The translations under genes and the position numbers were made by a program. A stretch of DNA of 59,778 nucleotides from Desulfobacterales bacterium. GTDB taxonomy: Bacteria; Desulfobacterota; Desulfobacteria; Desulfobacterales; JAFDHS01. The stretch lies in the NCBI GenBank assembly GCA_030589165.1, contig JAUUWG010000001.1, forward strand, positions 1 to 59,778, in the 5' to 3' direction. The notes beneath the pieces are model-generated. The model was given only the letters and a program-made list of their open reading frames with translations, searched no databases and had not been told where the DNA came from. Shown one piece after another: positions 1 to 8,259 of this stretch (the stretch's first letter is position 1; every line of letters begins with the position of its first letter).

Positions 1-304
1 GTATACCATAATGGGCAGTCGTTCTCATCCAGGTCCCAAGCTTGAGGCTTTTATTGAAAAAAAACGTTGTGAATTCGGTGCAGTTGAATTCATTTCCGCA
101 GGGAGTTCTTTAAAATTCTGTCTTGTTGCCGAAGGCAAAGCCGATATATATCCGCGATTCGGGCCGACAATGGAATGGGATACGGCAGCGGGCCAGGCAA
201 TCGCAGAGAATTCCGGTGCCAGGGTATTTTGTGTCGACACAAATGAACCGCTTGTCTATAATAAGGAAAACTTGCTGAACCCTTGGTTTGTCGTCAGTTT
301 TTAA
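1..304 (+). CDS. cysQ: 3'(2'),5'-bisphosphate nucleotidase (CysQ / inositol monophosphatase family), C-terminal fragment; the 5' end lies upstream of the window
   Basis: Reading frame is open to the window edge. It carries the IMPase-family C-terminal motif WDTAAGQAI. It sits directly upstream of the ATP sulfurylase/APS kinase gene. Confidence 0.7.
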   Translation, partial: YTIMGSRSHPGPKLEAFIEKKRCEFGAVEFISAGSSLKFCLVAEGKADIYPRFGPTMEWDTAAGQAIAENSGARVFCVDTNEPLVYNKENLLNPWFVVSF

Positions 305-328
305 GTTGCTTATTCGGAGATTCGTTAT

Positions 329-2044
329 ATGAAAACTGCTTTACTTGTTGAACCTCACGGCGGTAATCCGGTAAATCTTCTTGTTGATGAAGATCGCTCT
401 GCGCTGCTTAAAGAGATCTCTCTCAGCCTGCCGGATATCAGTTTAAACGATCGCCAGCTTTGTGACCTTGAACTTCTTGCAACAGGTGCTTTTTCACCCC
501 TTGACGGTTTTATGGTTCGGTCTGACTATGAATCCGTTCTCGACCGAATGCGGTTGCAAAGTGATATTCTATGGCCCCTGCCGATTTGTCTTGATATATC
601 CGATACACAGGCCCGCAATATTGAGGGGGGGCAGTCCGTGGCGATAAGAGACCCGGAAGGTTTTCTTCTTGCCGTTATGCATGTGGAAGATATATGGCCT
701 GTTGATCGTGAAAAAGAGGCCTTAAGGGTTTATAATACCCTTGATCGTTCCCATCCGGGCGTAGATTATCTTTTCAGGAAATCAGGTGATTTCTATATGG
801 GAGGGAGGCTAGAAGTTTTGAGCCTGCCGCTTCATTTTGACTTTAAGCAGCTTCGCATGTCTCCTGAAGAGATCAAAAATATATACGGTAAACTCGGCTG
901 GCAAAGGGTGGTCGGGTTTCAGACCCGAAACCCCATTCATCGGCCCCAGTTTGAAATGACGATCAGGGCCATGCGCCAGGCAAAGGCGAATCTGCTTTTG
1001 CTTCCGGTTGTGGGCATGACAAAACCGGGGGATTTTGACCACTATACCCGACTAAGATGTTATCGCGAAGTGATAAAAGACTACCCGCCGGATTCTTTTA
1101 TTTTGAATCTGCTCTCCCTTGCTATGCGTATGGCCGGCCCCAGAGATGCCGTTTTACATGCAATAATATCCAAAAATTACGGATGTACTCATTTTATTAT
1201 CGGGCATGACCATGCAAGCCCGGGCATGGACGGCAACGGAAAGCCGTTTTATGCAAGCGATGAAGCTTGCCTGCTGACAAAAGATCTAAGCAGTGAAATC
1301 GGTATCAGGATTCTCCCCTTTGAAGAGATGGTCTATCTCCCTTTTGAGGATGAGTACCGATCTTTCGATGAGATACCGGCGGAAACCCAGACGGTTTCCT
1401 TGTCGGCTTCCGATATCCGGGAGCGTATCCGTACAGGGCGCCGCATACCTGAATGGGCCACCTCCCCTGATGTTGTAAGGGAGCTCCAAAGAGCTTATCC
1501 TCCACCGAAAAAACAGGGATTTACGGTTTTTCTAACCGGGCTTTCAGGTGCGGGTAAATCCACCATAGCCAAGGTCCTCTATTCTCGTTTCCTGGAAATC
1601 GGCAACCGTCCGGTTACCCTTCTTGACGGCGATATTGTCCGCCGGAATCTCTCCAGTGAGTTGAGTTTTTCCAAAGAGCACAGGGACATTAACGTAAGAC
1701 GTATCGGATTTGTCGCAAGTGAAATTACCAAGAACCGTGGAATAGCGATCTGTGCACCCATCGCTCCGTATGAATCCACTAGAGCGGAGATAAGAAAAAT
1801 CATAGAAGAGTGCGGAGGATTTATAGAGGCACATGTGGCCACTCCGATCGAGGAATGTGAAAAAAGGGACAGAAAAGGGATGTATGCAAAGGCCAGAGCA
1901 GGGCTTATCAAGGGCTTTACCGGAGTGAACGATCCGTACGAAATTCCTGAATCACCGGAAGTTCGTATCGACACTACGGATCTTACACCTGATGAAGCAG
2001 CCCAGGAGATCCTTTTGTTTCTGGGCCAAAAGGGGTTTATATAG
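329..2044 (+). CDS. sat/cysC: bifunctional sulfate adenylyltransferase / adenylylsulfate kinase (PAPS synthesis)
   Basis: 571 aa. ATP sulfurylase motifs QTRNPIHRPQFE and HFIIGHDHASPG are present. The C-terminal APS kinase domain has the P-loop LTGLSGAGKSTIA. A GGAG RBS lies upstream. Confidence 0.9.
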   Translation: MKTALLVEPHGGNPVNLLVDEDRSALLKEISLSLPDISLNDRQLCDLELLATGAFSPLDGFMVRSDYESVLDRMRLQSDILWPLPICLDISDTQARNIEGGQSVAIRDPEGFLLAVMHVEDIWPVDREKEALRVYNTLDRSHPGVDYLFRKSGDFYMGGRLEVLSLPLHFDFKQLRMSPEEIKNIYGKLGWQRVVGFQTRNPIHRPQFEMTIRAMRQAKANLLLLPVVGMTKPGDFDHYTRLRCYREVIKDYPPDSFILNLLSLAMRMAGPRDAVLHAIISKNYGCTHFIIGHDHASPGMDGNGKPFYASDEACLLTKDLSSEIGIRILPFEEMVYLPFEDEYRSFDEIPAETQTVSLSASDIRERIRTGRRIPEWATSPDVVRELQRAYPPPKKQGFTVFLTGLSGAGKSTIAKVLYSRFLEIGNRPVTLLDGDIVRRNLSSELSFSKEHRDINVRRIGFVASEITKNRGIAICAPIAPYESTRAEIRKIIEECGGFIEAHVATPIEECEKRDRKGMYAKARAGLIKGFTGVNDPYEIPESPEVRIDTTDLTPDEAAQEILLFLGQKGFI

Positions 2045-2052
2045 TATTTTTT

Positions 2053-2172
2053 AAAAAGTGTGAAGTGCCTAAAGTTTGAAGTGAGCTAAAGTTAATGAAT
2101 CGCTTCGCTCCGTCTTTTTTATATAAAATTGATAGAATACCTTAACTTTAGCTCACTTTAGGCACTTGAAAC
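2053..2172 (-). repeat. CACTTTAG-array / GCGAAGC-core intergenic repeat, copy 1 (full)
   Basis: Structure is AAAAAGTGTGAAGTGCCTAAAGT..GAGCTAAAGTTAA + TCGCTTCGCTCCGTC..TATAAAATTGATAGAATACC + TTAACTTTAGCTCACTTTAGGCAC. The two arms are mutually complementary. Confidence 0.9.
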
Positions 2173-2202
2173 CTAATATAACAACTAAAGGGAAGATAAG
2201 CG

Positions 2203-3498
2203 ATGGGAAATATTTTTAACGCAACTGTTGCTGTTATCGGCCTCGGCTATGTGGGCCTGCCGCTTGCCGTAAATTTCGGCAAAAGATATCCTACTGTAGG
2301 TTATGACTTGAATGAAAAAATTATTTCTAACTACAAGCGAAACACAGACCCTACCGGTGAGGTCTCTCAGACGGATTTTGAAGCCGCGGTCCATTTGACT
2401 TTTACTGCCGATCCAGCCGAGATTTCCAAGGCCGACTTTATCGTTGTTGCCGTGCCTACGCCTATAGATACCGCTCACCGGCCGGACTTAAGTGCGGTAA
2501 CAGGAGCGGTAAGGACTGCGGGAAAGCATATGAAAAAAGGGGCTGTTGTCATTCTTGAATCCACGGTCTATCCCGGTGTTACCGAGGAGGTCTGTGTGCC
2601 TGTTTTAGAGGAAGAATCCGGATTGGTATGGAAGCGTGACTTCCATGTCGGCTATTCTCCCGAGCGGATAAACCCCGGGGATAAGGAACACACCTTGCCT
2701 AAAATTATCAAAGTGGTTTCAGGTGATGACGAAAAAACCTTGAACCGTGTGGCTGATCTTTATGAATCAATTATTGACGCCGGCGTTTACCGTACCACAA
2801 GTATCAAGGAAGCAGAAGCCGCAAAAGTTATTGAAAACACACAAAGAGATTTGAACATTGCTCTGATGAATGAGCTGGCCATAATTTTCGACAAACTGGG
2901 GATTGATACACTCAGTGTGCTTGAGGCCGCCGGTACCAAATGGAATTTTCTTCCTTTTCGGCCGGGGCTGGTAGGCGGCCACTGTATCGGTGTCGACCCC
3001 TATTACTTGACTCATAGAGCCGAGGCTGAAGGTTATCACCCCGAGGTTATCCTGGCGGGCCGCAGGATTAATGACGGAATGGGCAAGTTCATTGCCGAAA
3101 AAACGGTGAAAAATATGATCCGGTCCAATCAGAACATAAAAGGATCAAGGGTGGGTGTTTTAGGGATCACCTTCAAGGAAAATTGTCCTGATCTGAGAAA
3201 CTCAAAGGTCGTGGACATCGTCAGAGAGCTGGAATCTTACGGCATCGATGTTCTGGTCCATGATCCTCAAGCGGATCCTGATGAGGCAAAACGTTTTTTT
3301 GGGGTTTCTTTGTATCCATGGGATGAATTGACCGGGTTGGGGGCCATTATCATAGCCGTTGGACATAAGGAATACAGGAAAAAGGAATTTCGTGAATTTG
3401 CCGACAGGCTGTCTCCAAAAGGATGCCTTGTTGATGTCAAGTCCATTCTTGACCCGTATGAAGCCTCAAAAAGCGGTATTTTGTTCTGGCGGTTGTAG
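2203..3498 (+). CDS. nucleotide-sugar 6-dehydrogenase (UDP-glucose/GDP-mannose dehydrogenase family; TviB/WbpO-like UDP-N-acetylhexosamine dehydrogenase)
   Basis: 431 aa. N-terminal Rossmann motif VIGLGYVGLPLA is present, with catalytic-region GGHCIGVDPYYL and C-terminal UDPG_MGDP_dh-type domain. Confidence 0.85.
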   Translation: MGNIFNATVAVIGLGYVGLPLAVNFGKRYPTVGYDLNEKIISNYKRNTDPTGEVSQTDFEAAVHLTFTADPAEISKADFIVVAVPTPIDTAHRPDLSAVTGAVRTAGKHMKKGAVVILESTVYPGVTEEVCVPVLEEESGLVWKRDFHVGYSPERINPGDKEHTLPKIIKVVSGDDEKTLNRVADLYESIIDAGVYRTTSIKEAEAAKVIENTQRDLNIALMNELAIIFDKLGIDTLSVLEAAGTKWNFLPFRPGLVGGHCIGVDPYYLTHRAEAEGYHPEVILAGRRINDGMGKFIAEKTVKNMIRSNQNIKGSRVGVLGITFKENCPDLRNSKVVDIVRELESYGIDVLVHDPQADPDEAKRFFGVSLYPWDELTGLGAIIIAVGHKEYRKKEFREFADRLSPKGCLVDVKSILDPYEASKSGILFWRL

Positions 3499-3502
3499 AA
3501 TT

Positions 3503-3623
3503 AAAAAAAAGTGTGAAGTGCCTAAAGTGATCTAAAGTGCCTAAAGTTGAGGAATTCTATCAATTTTATATATAAAAAAAGACGGAGCGAAGCGACTCCT
3601 TAACTTTAGCTCACTTTAGATCA
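3503..3623 (+). repeat. CACTTTAG-array / GCGAAGC-core intergenic repeat, copy 2 (full)
   Basis: Structure is AAAAAAAAGTGTGAAGTGCCTAAAGTGATCTAAAGTGCCTAAAGT + TGAGGAATTCTATCAATTTTATATATAAAAAAAGACGGAGCGAAGCGACTCC + TTAACTTTAGCTCACTTTAGATCA. Confidence 0.9.
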
Positions 3624-3658
3624 ATTTTTTATCTTATCCGGGTTAGAAAGGAAAAATA

Positions 3659-4666
3659 ATGAAAGCTTTAGTAACCGGGGCAGCCGGTTTTATCGGCTTC
3701 CATCTAAGCAGACGTCTGCTGCAAAAGGGATATGATGTCGTTGGCGTAGATAATTTAAATGACTATTATGATGTTCAATTAAAAAAAGACCGGCTGGAGC
3801 AATTAAAGCCTTTTAAAAATTTTATCTTCATCCGTTTGGAAATCGCTGATCGTAAAGGCATGGAAAAACTTTTTACCGAACATCGTTTTGACATTGTCGT
3901 CAATTTGGCTGCCCAGGCCGGTGTTCGCTACAGCCTCGAAAATCCGTATGCCTACGTGGACAGCAATGTTTCGGGATTTGTGAATATCCTGGAGGGTTGC
4001 AGGCACAGTAAAGTCTCCCATCTGGTTTATGCTTCCAGCAGCTCCGTCTACGGTTTGAATACGCGGATGCCGTTTTCCGTGCATGACAATGTCGATCATC
4101 CCGTCAGCCTCTATGCCGCAACAAAAAAGAGTAATGAACTCATGGCTCACACATACAGTTACCTCTACGGCCTGCCGACTACCGGTCTCCGTTTTTTTAC
4201 TGTTTATGGGCCCTGGGGAAGACCGGACATGGCCCTGTTTCTTTTTACAAAGGCCATCATAGAGGGTAAACCGATCAAGGTCTTTAACAACGGCCTGATG
4301 AAGCGTGATTTTACTTATATCGACGATATCGTAGAAGGGGTCGTTCGGGTCATGGAGCTGATGCCGGAGCCTGATTCTTCCTGGGACGGCTCTGATCCTG
4401 ATCCGGGGACAAGTCCGGTGCCCTATCGCCTTTATAACATCGGAAATAACAACTGCGTCCAACTGATGGATTTCATCAAGGCGATCGAAACCGCTCTGGG
4501 CAGGAAAGCAATAAAAGAATTTATGCCGCTGCAACCCGGTGATGTGCCTGAAACCTATGCGGATGTGGAAGATTTAAGCAGGGCCGTGGGTTTTCGGCCG
4601 GATACGGATATAACTGATGGAATCAATAACTTCATCTCATGGTATCGTGAATATTATAAAAAATAA
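3659..4666 (+). CDS. NAD-dependent nucleotide-sugar epimerase (UDP-glucuronate / UDP-hexuronate 4-epimerase-like, TviC/CapI type)
   Basis: 335 aa. Motifs are [10 protein letters not shown] (Rossmann), the SDR catalytic YAATKKSNE (YxxxK), and GPWGRPDMA. Confidence 0.85.
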   Translation: MKALVTGAAGFIGFHLSRRLLQKGYDVVGVDNLNDYYDVQLKKDRLEQLKPFKNFIFIRLEIADRKGMEKLFTEHRFDIVVNLAAQAGVRYSLENPYAYVDSNVSGFVNILEGCRHSKVSHLVYASSSSVYGLNTRMPFSVHDNVDHPVSLYAATKKSNELMAHTYSYLYGLPTTGLRFFTVYGPWGRPDMALFLFTKAIIEGKPIKVFNNGLMKRDFTYIDDIVEGVVRVMELMPEPDSSWDGSDPDPGTSPVPYRLYNIGNNNCVQLMDFIKAIETALGRKAIKEFMPLQPGDVPETYADVEDLSRAVGFRPDTDITDGINNFISWYREYYKK

Positions 4667-4670
4667 GTGC

Positions 4671-4827
4671 AAAAAGTGTGAAGTGCCTAAAGTGAGCTAA
4701 AGTGCCTAATGCCTAAAGTGCCTAAAGTTGAGGAATTTTGTCAATTTTATTATAAAAAGACGGAGCGAAGCGATTCATTAACTTTAGCTCACTTCAAACT
4801 TTAGCTCACTTTAGCTCACTTTTCAGG
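4671..4827 (+). repeat. CACTTTAG-array / GCGAAGC-core intergenic repeat, copy 3 (full, expanded arms)
   Basis: Same architecture as copy 2. The left arm has five xCTAA(A/T)G units and the right arm has CTTTAGCTCA units. Confidence 0.9.
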
Positions 4828-4879
4828 TTCACCCCTTAAGCAAAACTGGAATAAAGTTGTAGAACAAAGGAAATATAAG

Positions 4880-5755
4880 ATGAAAATTCGTAAAGCTGTT
4901 TTCCCCGTTGCCGGATTGGGTACCCGATTTTTACCGGCTACAAAGGCGATGCCAAAGGAGATGCTGCCGGTGGTGGATAAGCCTCTTATTCAATATGCGG
5001 TTGAAGAGGCCTTGGCCTCCGGTATTGAGCAAATTATATTTGTTACCGGCAGGCAGAAGGAGGCTTTGGAGGATCATTTTGACCACCGTTGTGAACTGGA
5101 GCATACCCTCATGGCACGGAGCAAGGATAACCTTTTAATGGAACTGGACGCTCTGATCCCCGAGTCCGGCACCATTATATATACCCGACAGCATGAACCG
5201 TTGGGTTTGGGCCATGCCATCTGGTGCGCCCGGCATGTGGTCGGCGATGAACCCTTTGCGGTTCTTCTTGCCGATGACTTAATAAAGGCCGACCCCCCTG
5301 TTCTTGCTCAGATGTTGAACAAGTTTGAACAGGTTCAGACGTCCATTGTTGCGGTTATCGACGTGGATAAGCGTGAAACGGATAAGTACGGGATTCTGGA
5401 TGCTCAAGATGTGGGAAACGACCTGTGCCGGGTGCGCGGCATGGTAGAAAAACCAAGGCCGGAAGATGCGCCGTCAAATATGGCGATTATAGGACGTTAT
5501 ATATTGATGCCGGAGATATTTCAAATCCTCGGCCAAAAGAAAAAAGGCGCAGGTGGTGAGATACAACTGACGGATGCCATGGCCTTGCTGCTGGAGAAGC
5601 AACCTTTTTATGGTTGTCATTTCAAGGGCATACGCTTTGATTGCGGCTCCAAGGCGGGATTCCAGATGGCAAATATTGCTTTTGCAATGGAAAGACCCGA
5701 ATTAAGATCACGATTGATGCCGTTTTTGGAAAAATTGCTTAAAGCTGAACACTGA
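4880..5755 (+). CDS. galU: UTP--glucose-1-phosphate uridylyltransferase
   Basis: 291 aa. N-terminal motif is KAVFPVAGLGTRFLPATKAMPKEMLPVVDKPLIQY, and VEKP is also present. Confidence 0.9.
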   Translation: MKIRKAVFPVAGLGTRFLPATKAMPKEMLPVVDKPLIQYAVEEALASGIEQIIFVTGRQKEALEDHFDHRCELEHTLMARSKDNLLMELDALIPESGTIIYTRQHEPLGLGHAIWCARHVVGDEPFAVLLADDLIKADPPVLAQMLNKFEQVQTSIVAVIDVDKRETDKYGILDAQDVGNDLCRVRGMVEKPRPEDAPSNMAIIGRYILMPEIFQILGQKKKGAGGEIQLTDAMALLLEKQPFYGCHFKGIRFDCGSKAGFQMANIAFAMERPELRSRLMPFLEKLLKAEH

Positions 5756-5865
5756 AATTTTTTTCGTTTTTTTAAAAAAACTTGACATGAATGTGCCGGA
5801 ATGAAAAAGAGGAGGTGAAAAAAACATAGACTGAGGAGACTCCCGATTTTAGGAGAAAGAAAACA

Positions 5866-6291
5866 ATGGACCCAAAAAATGATGAATTATGGCAAAAGCA
5901 TTCTGATAATTATCTAAAAATGGCATTTGCCTCAGATAAACGAGAGGTTATGGAGAACCCGGATGGATATGGAAAGAGGACCGGAGAATGCGGTGATACC
6001 ATAGAGATATTTATAACCGTCCATAATAATAGTATTCAACATGTTTCATTTGATACAAATGGATGTTTAAACACGACTGCCTGTGCCAATACGGTGGCTT
6101 ATCTGGCAGAAGGCAAAAAATTGAATGAGGCATGGGAACTCACGCCGGACGAAGTTGTCGATTACCTGGAAACGTTACCCGCGGATCATAACCATTGTGC
6201 TGAACTGGCGGTGGGGGCTTTTTATCTTGCCTTGTCCAATTTTGAAGAGGTTAAACGAAACCCCTGGAAGAAGGCATATTTAAAAAAATAA
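5866..6291 (+). CDS. NifU/IscU-like Fe-S cluster scaffold domain protein
   Basis: 141 aa. The three conserved Cys contexts are present: GECGD, NGCLNTTAC and HCAELA. Confidence 0.75.
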   Translation: MDPKNDELWQKHSDNYLKMAFASDKREVMENPDGYGKRTGECGDTIEIFITVHNNSIQHVSFDTNGCLNTTACANTVAYLAEGKKLNEAWELTPDEVVDYLETLPADHNHCAELAVGAFYLALSNFEEVKRNPWKKAYLKK

Positions 6292-6303
6292 CTTCATCAT
6301 AAT

Positions 6304-6360
6304 CTTTAGTTCATTTCAAATTTGAGCTCACTTTTAATTTTTCCGGTTTATCCGGGTTGG
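6304..6360 (+). repeat. partial arm of the CACTTTAG repeat family plus the CCGGTTTATCCGG end motif (copy 4, partial)
   Basis: Sequence is CTTTAGTTCATTTCAAATTTGAGCTCACTTTTAATTTTTCCGGTTTATCCGGGTTGG. This matches the reverse complement of the left edge of the copy at 39801-39830. Confidence 0.7.
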
Positions 6361-6606
6361 GCCTGCAACCCGAAACCCGCGACCATCTCTCCGCCATGAC
6401 CTGCTGATGGTCGCAAAAACCGAATCATACCTTCCTGTTATACTTTTCCTTGAACTTGAACAAAATCCAAGCTCCAATAAATCCTCCTTCAAAAAACGCT
6501 CATTTTTGAGAGGATTGACAAGCAAGGGGTTTTTATAATTTTCGCCTTTAGGCCGTAAAACCCAATCCTTTAGGTTTGGGATATAAGCCTTACTTTAGCA
6601 TTTTTG

Positions 6607-6636
6607 TTGACAAACACTGTCGGCTGCTATTATACT
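6607..6636 (+). promoter_or_regulatory. candidate sigma70 promoter (TTGACA-N18-TATACT) about 260 nt upstream of the KamA-like gene
   Basis: Perfect -35 TTGACA at 6607-6612. A -10 TATACT lies at 6631-6636; the alternative is TTATAC with a 17-nt spacer. Confidence 0.4.
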
Positions 6637-6897
6637 TGCTATTTACTGTAGACGTCTCGCTACGTCTCTGTTCGGGAGAAAAGAACAAATAGAGAGTTAA
6701 GATTTCATGATAAAAAAGTATCTTAACATGTGCTATTTCATCACTCTGCTTTAAATCCTTAAACGAATGATTCGCCTCACCGGATTTGTCAGCCCTGTCT
6801 TCATCTTCCTGCCAACTCTTTTTTTCTACACTTTCAAACTATAAAAGTATTTCTTTGTAACCTGTATCATTTGAAACCGCCATTAAAGGAGGTAACT

Positions 6898-8259
6898 ATG
6901 AAAGGGATCGATAAAATCATGCCAAAAAAGTATAAACCCTATTCTCGAAAGGATATTCTTAAAATTCAAGATGTTGCTGGTTTGTCCCATGAACTTTCCG
7001 ACGCAATCAAGATCGTTTCGGCTGTTTTCCCCTTCAGGGTAAACAACTATCTTATCGATGAGTTGATTGATTGGGATAATATTCCTTCTGATCCGATATT
7101 TCAGCTTACGGTTCCACAGCCCGGTATGCTTGAATGGCATGATTTTGAAAAACTAAAAAGCCTTTATCAGAAAGAAGTCCCCGAAAAAGAGATACTGAAA
7201 ACCGCACGAAAAATTCAGATGAAGATGAATCCTCACCCTGCAGACCAGATGGAACTTAATGTCCCTGTAGAAAATGGAACCGTCTATAGAGGGATGCAGC
7301 ACAAGTACAATGAAACCGTTCTTCTTTTTCCCCATCAGGGGCAGACGTGTCATGCTTTTTGTACCTACTGTTTTCGATGGGCTCAATTTGTGGGCCTTGA
7401 TGATCTCAAGTTCGCTACTGATAGAGCGGATAAAGTTATAGAATACCTGCGCAACCATCCTGAGGTGACTGATCTTCTGATTACCGGAGGAGATCCTCTT
7501 ATTATGCGCACGAAAGTCTTGCGCCGGTATATCGAACCCATAATCAGGCAGAGGCCGGGGAATCTTTCCACCATCCGTATCGGTACCAAGGTACCCGCTT
7601 ACTGGCCCTATCGTTTTGTTACCGACAAGGATGCCGATGATCTTATTTCGCTGTTTGAGGAGGTTGTTGAGAGTGGATTCCATCTCGCGATCATGTCACA
7701 TTTCAGCCATCCGAGGGAACTTGAGACCCCAATCGCCCAAGCGGCGATAAAGCGGATTTTAAGTACGGGCGCAACAATTCGTTGCCAGGCTCCGCTTATC
7801 AAGCATGTTAATGACGATCCTGATATCTGGGCAAAAATGTGGCAAATCCAGGTCAAGCTGGGAGCGATACCCTACTACATGTTTATTGGACGGGACACCG
7901 GTCCTAAAAGTTATTTCAAGCTTCCTCTTGCCAGAGCATATGATATTTTCAGCAATGCCTACAATAAGGTATCGGGTCTTTGCCGTACGGTAAGGGGGCC
8001 TTTAATGTCTGCAACGCCTGGAAAGATAATGATTGACGGTGTTACCGAAATCGGCGGAGAAAAGGTCTTTGTTTTGAAGTTTATTCAGGGCCGGGATTCT
8101 GAATGGGTAAATCAAATTTTCTTTGCACGTTATGATGAAAAAGCCTGCTGGCTTGATGAACTTGAACCGGCCTTTGGAGAAAAGCAATTCTTTTTTGAAA
8201 ATCGGCTTGATGAAATTAAAGCTGAAAAAGATGTTTTTCACAAAGCCTCTTCGTTATGA
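6898..8259 (+). CDS. KamA-family radical SAM protein (lysine 2,3-aminomutase-like)
   Basis: Radical SAM CxxxCxxC motif CHAFCTYCFRW is present. The start was moved from the track's TTG at 6871 to the ATG at 6898, which follows the RBS AAGGAGG. Confidence 0.85.
   Translation: MKGIDKIMPKKYKPYSRKDILKIQDVAGLSHELSDAIKIVSAVFPFRVNNYLIDELIDWDNIPSDPIFQLTVPQPGMLEWHDFEKLKSLYQKEVPEKEILKTARKIQMKMNPHPADQMELNVPVENGTVYRGMQHKYNETVLLFPHQGQTCHAFCTYCFRWAQFVGLDDLKFATDRADKVIEYLRNHPEVTDLLITGGDPLIMRTKVLRRYIEPIIRQRPGNLSTIRIGTKVPAYWPYRFVTDKDADDLISLFEEVVESGFHLAIMSHFSHPRELETPIAQAAIKRILSTGATIRCQAPLIKHVNDDPDIWAKMWQIQVKLGAIPYYMFIGRDTGPKSYFKLPLARAYDIFSNAYNKVSGLCRTVRGPLMSATPGKIMIDGVTEIGGEKVFVLKFIQGRDSEWVNQIFFARYDEKACWLDELEPAFGEKQFFFENRLDEIKAEKDVFHKASSL

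Noticed and set aside
329-2044. Interpreting the ATP sulfurylase as the dissimilatory Sat of a sulfate reducer
   Set aside because: It is fused to an APS kinase domain with an intact P-loop and is preceded by cysQ. This points to PAPS synthesis rather than the dissimilatory pathway.
3803-4534. Long antisense ORFs inside confident genes. Examples: 3803-4534, 7153-7683, 1579-1974, 31809-32318, 32003-32425, 45301-45909, 33539-33967, 34472-34897, 57118-57600.
   Set aside because: These are shadow ORFs on the opposite strand of genes with strong family motifs. They have no motifs of their own and no independent RBS or start context.
5782-5810. A TTGACA hexamer upstream of the NifU-like gene as a sigma70 promoter
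   Set aside because: No acceptable -10 hexamer lies at 16-19 nt spacing, so it was not called.
6334-6525. 63-aa minus-strand ORF in the nifU-kamA gap. The adjacent frame reads ..YIPNLKDWVLRPKGENYKNP.., which vaguely recalled the spurious peptides seen at IS200/IS605 (TnpB-type) element ends.
   Set aside because: I cannot support any homology from memory. The ORF runs through hairpins and a repeat fragment, so it is more likely non-coding. It is kept only as part of the structured-region finding.
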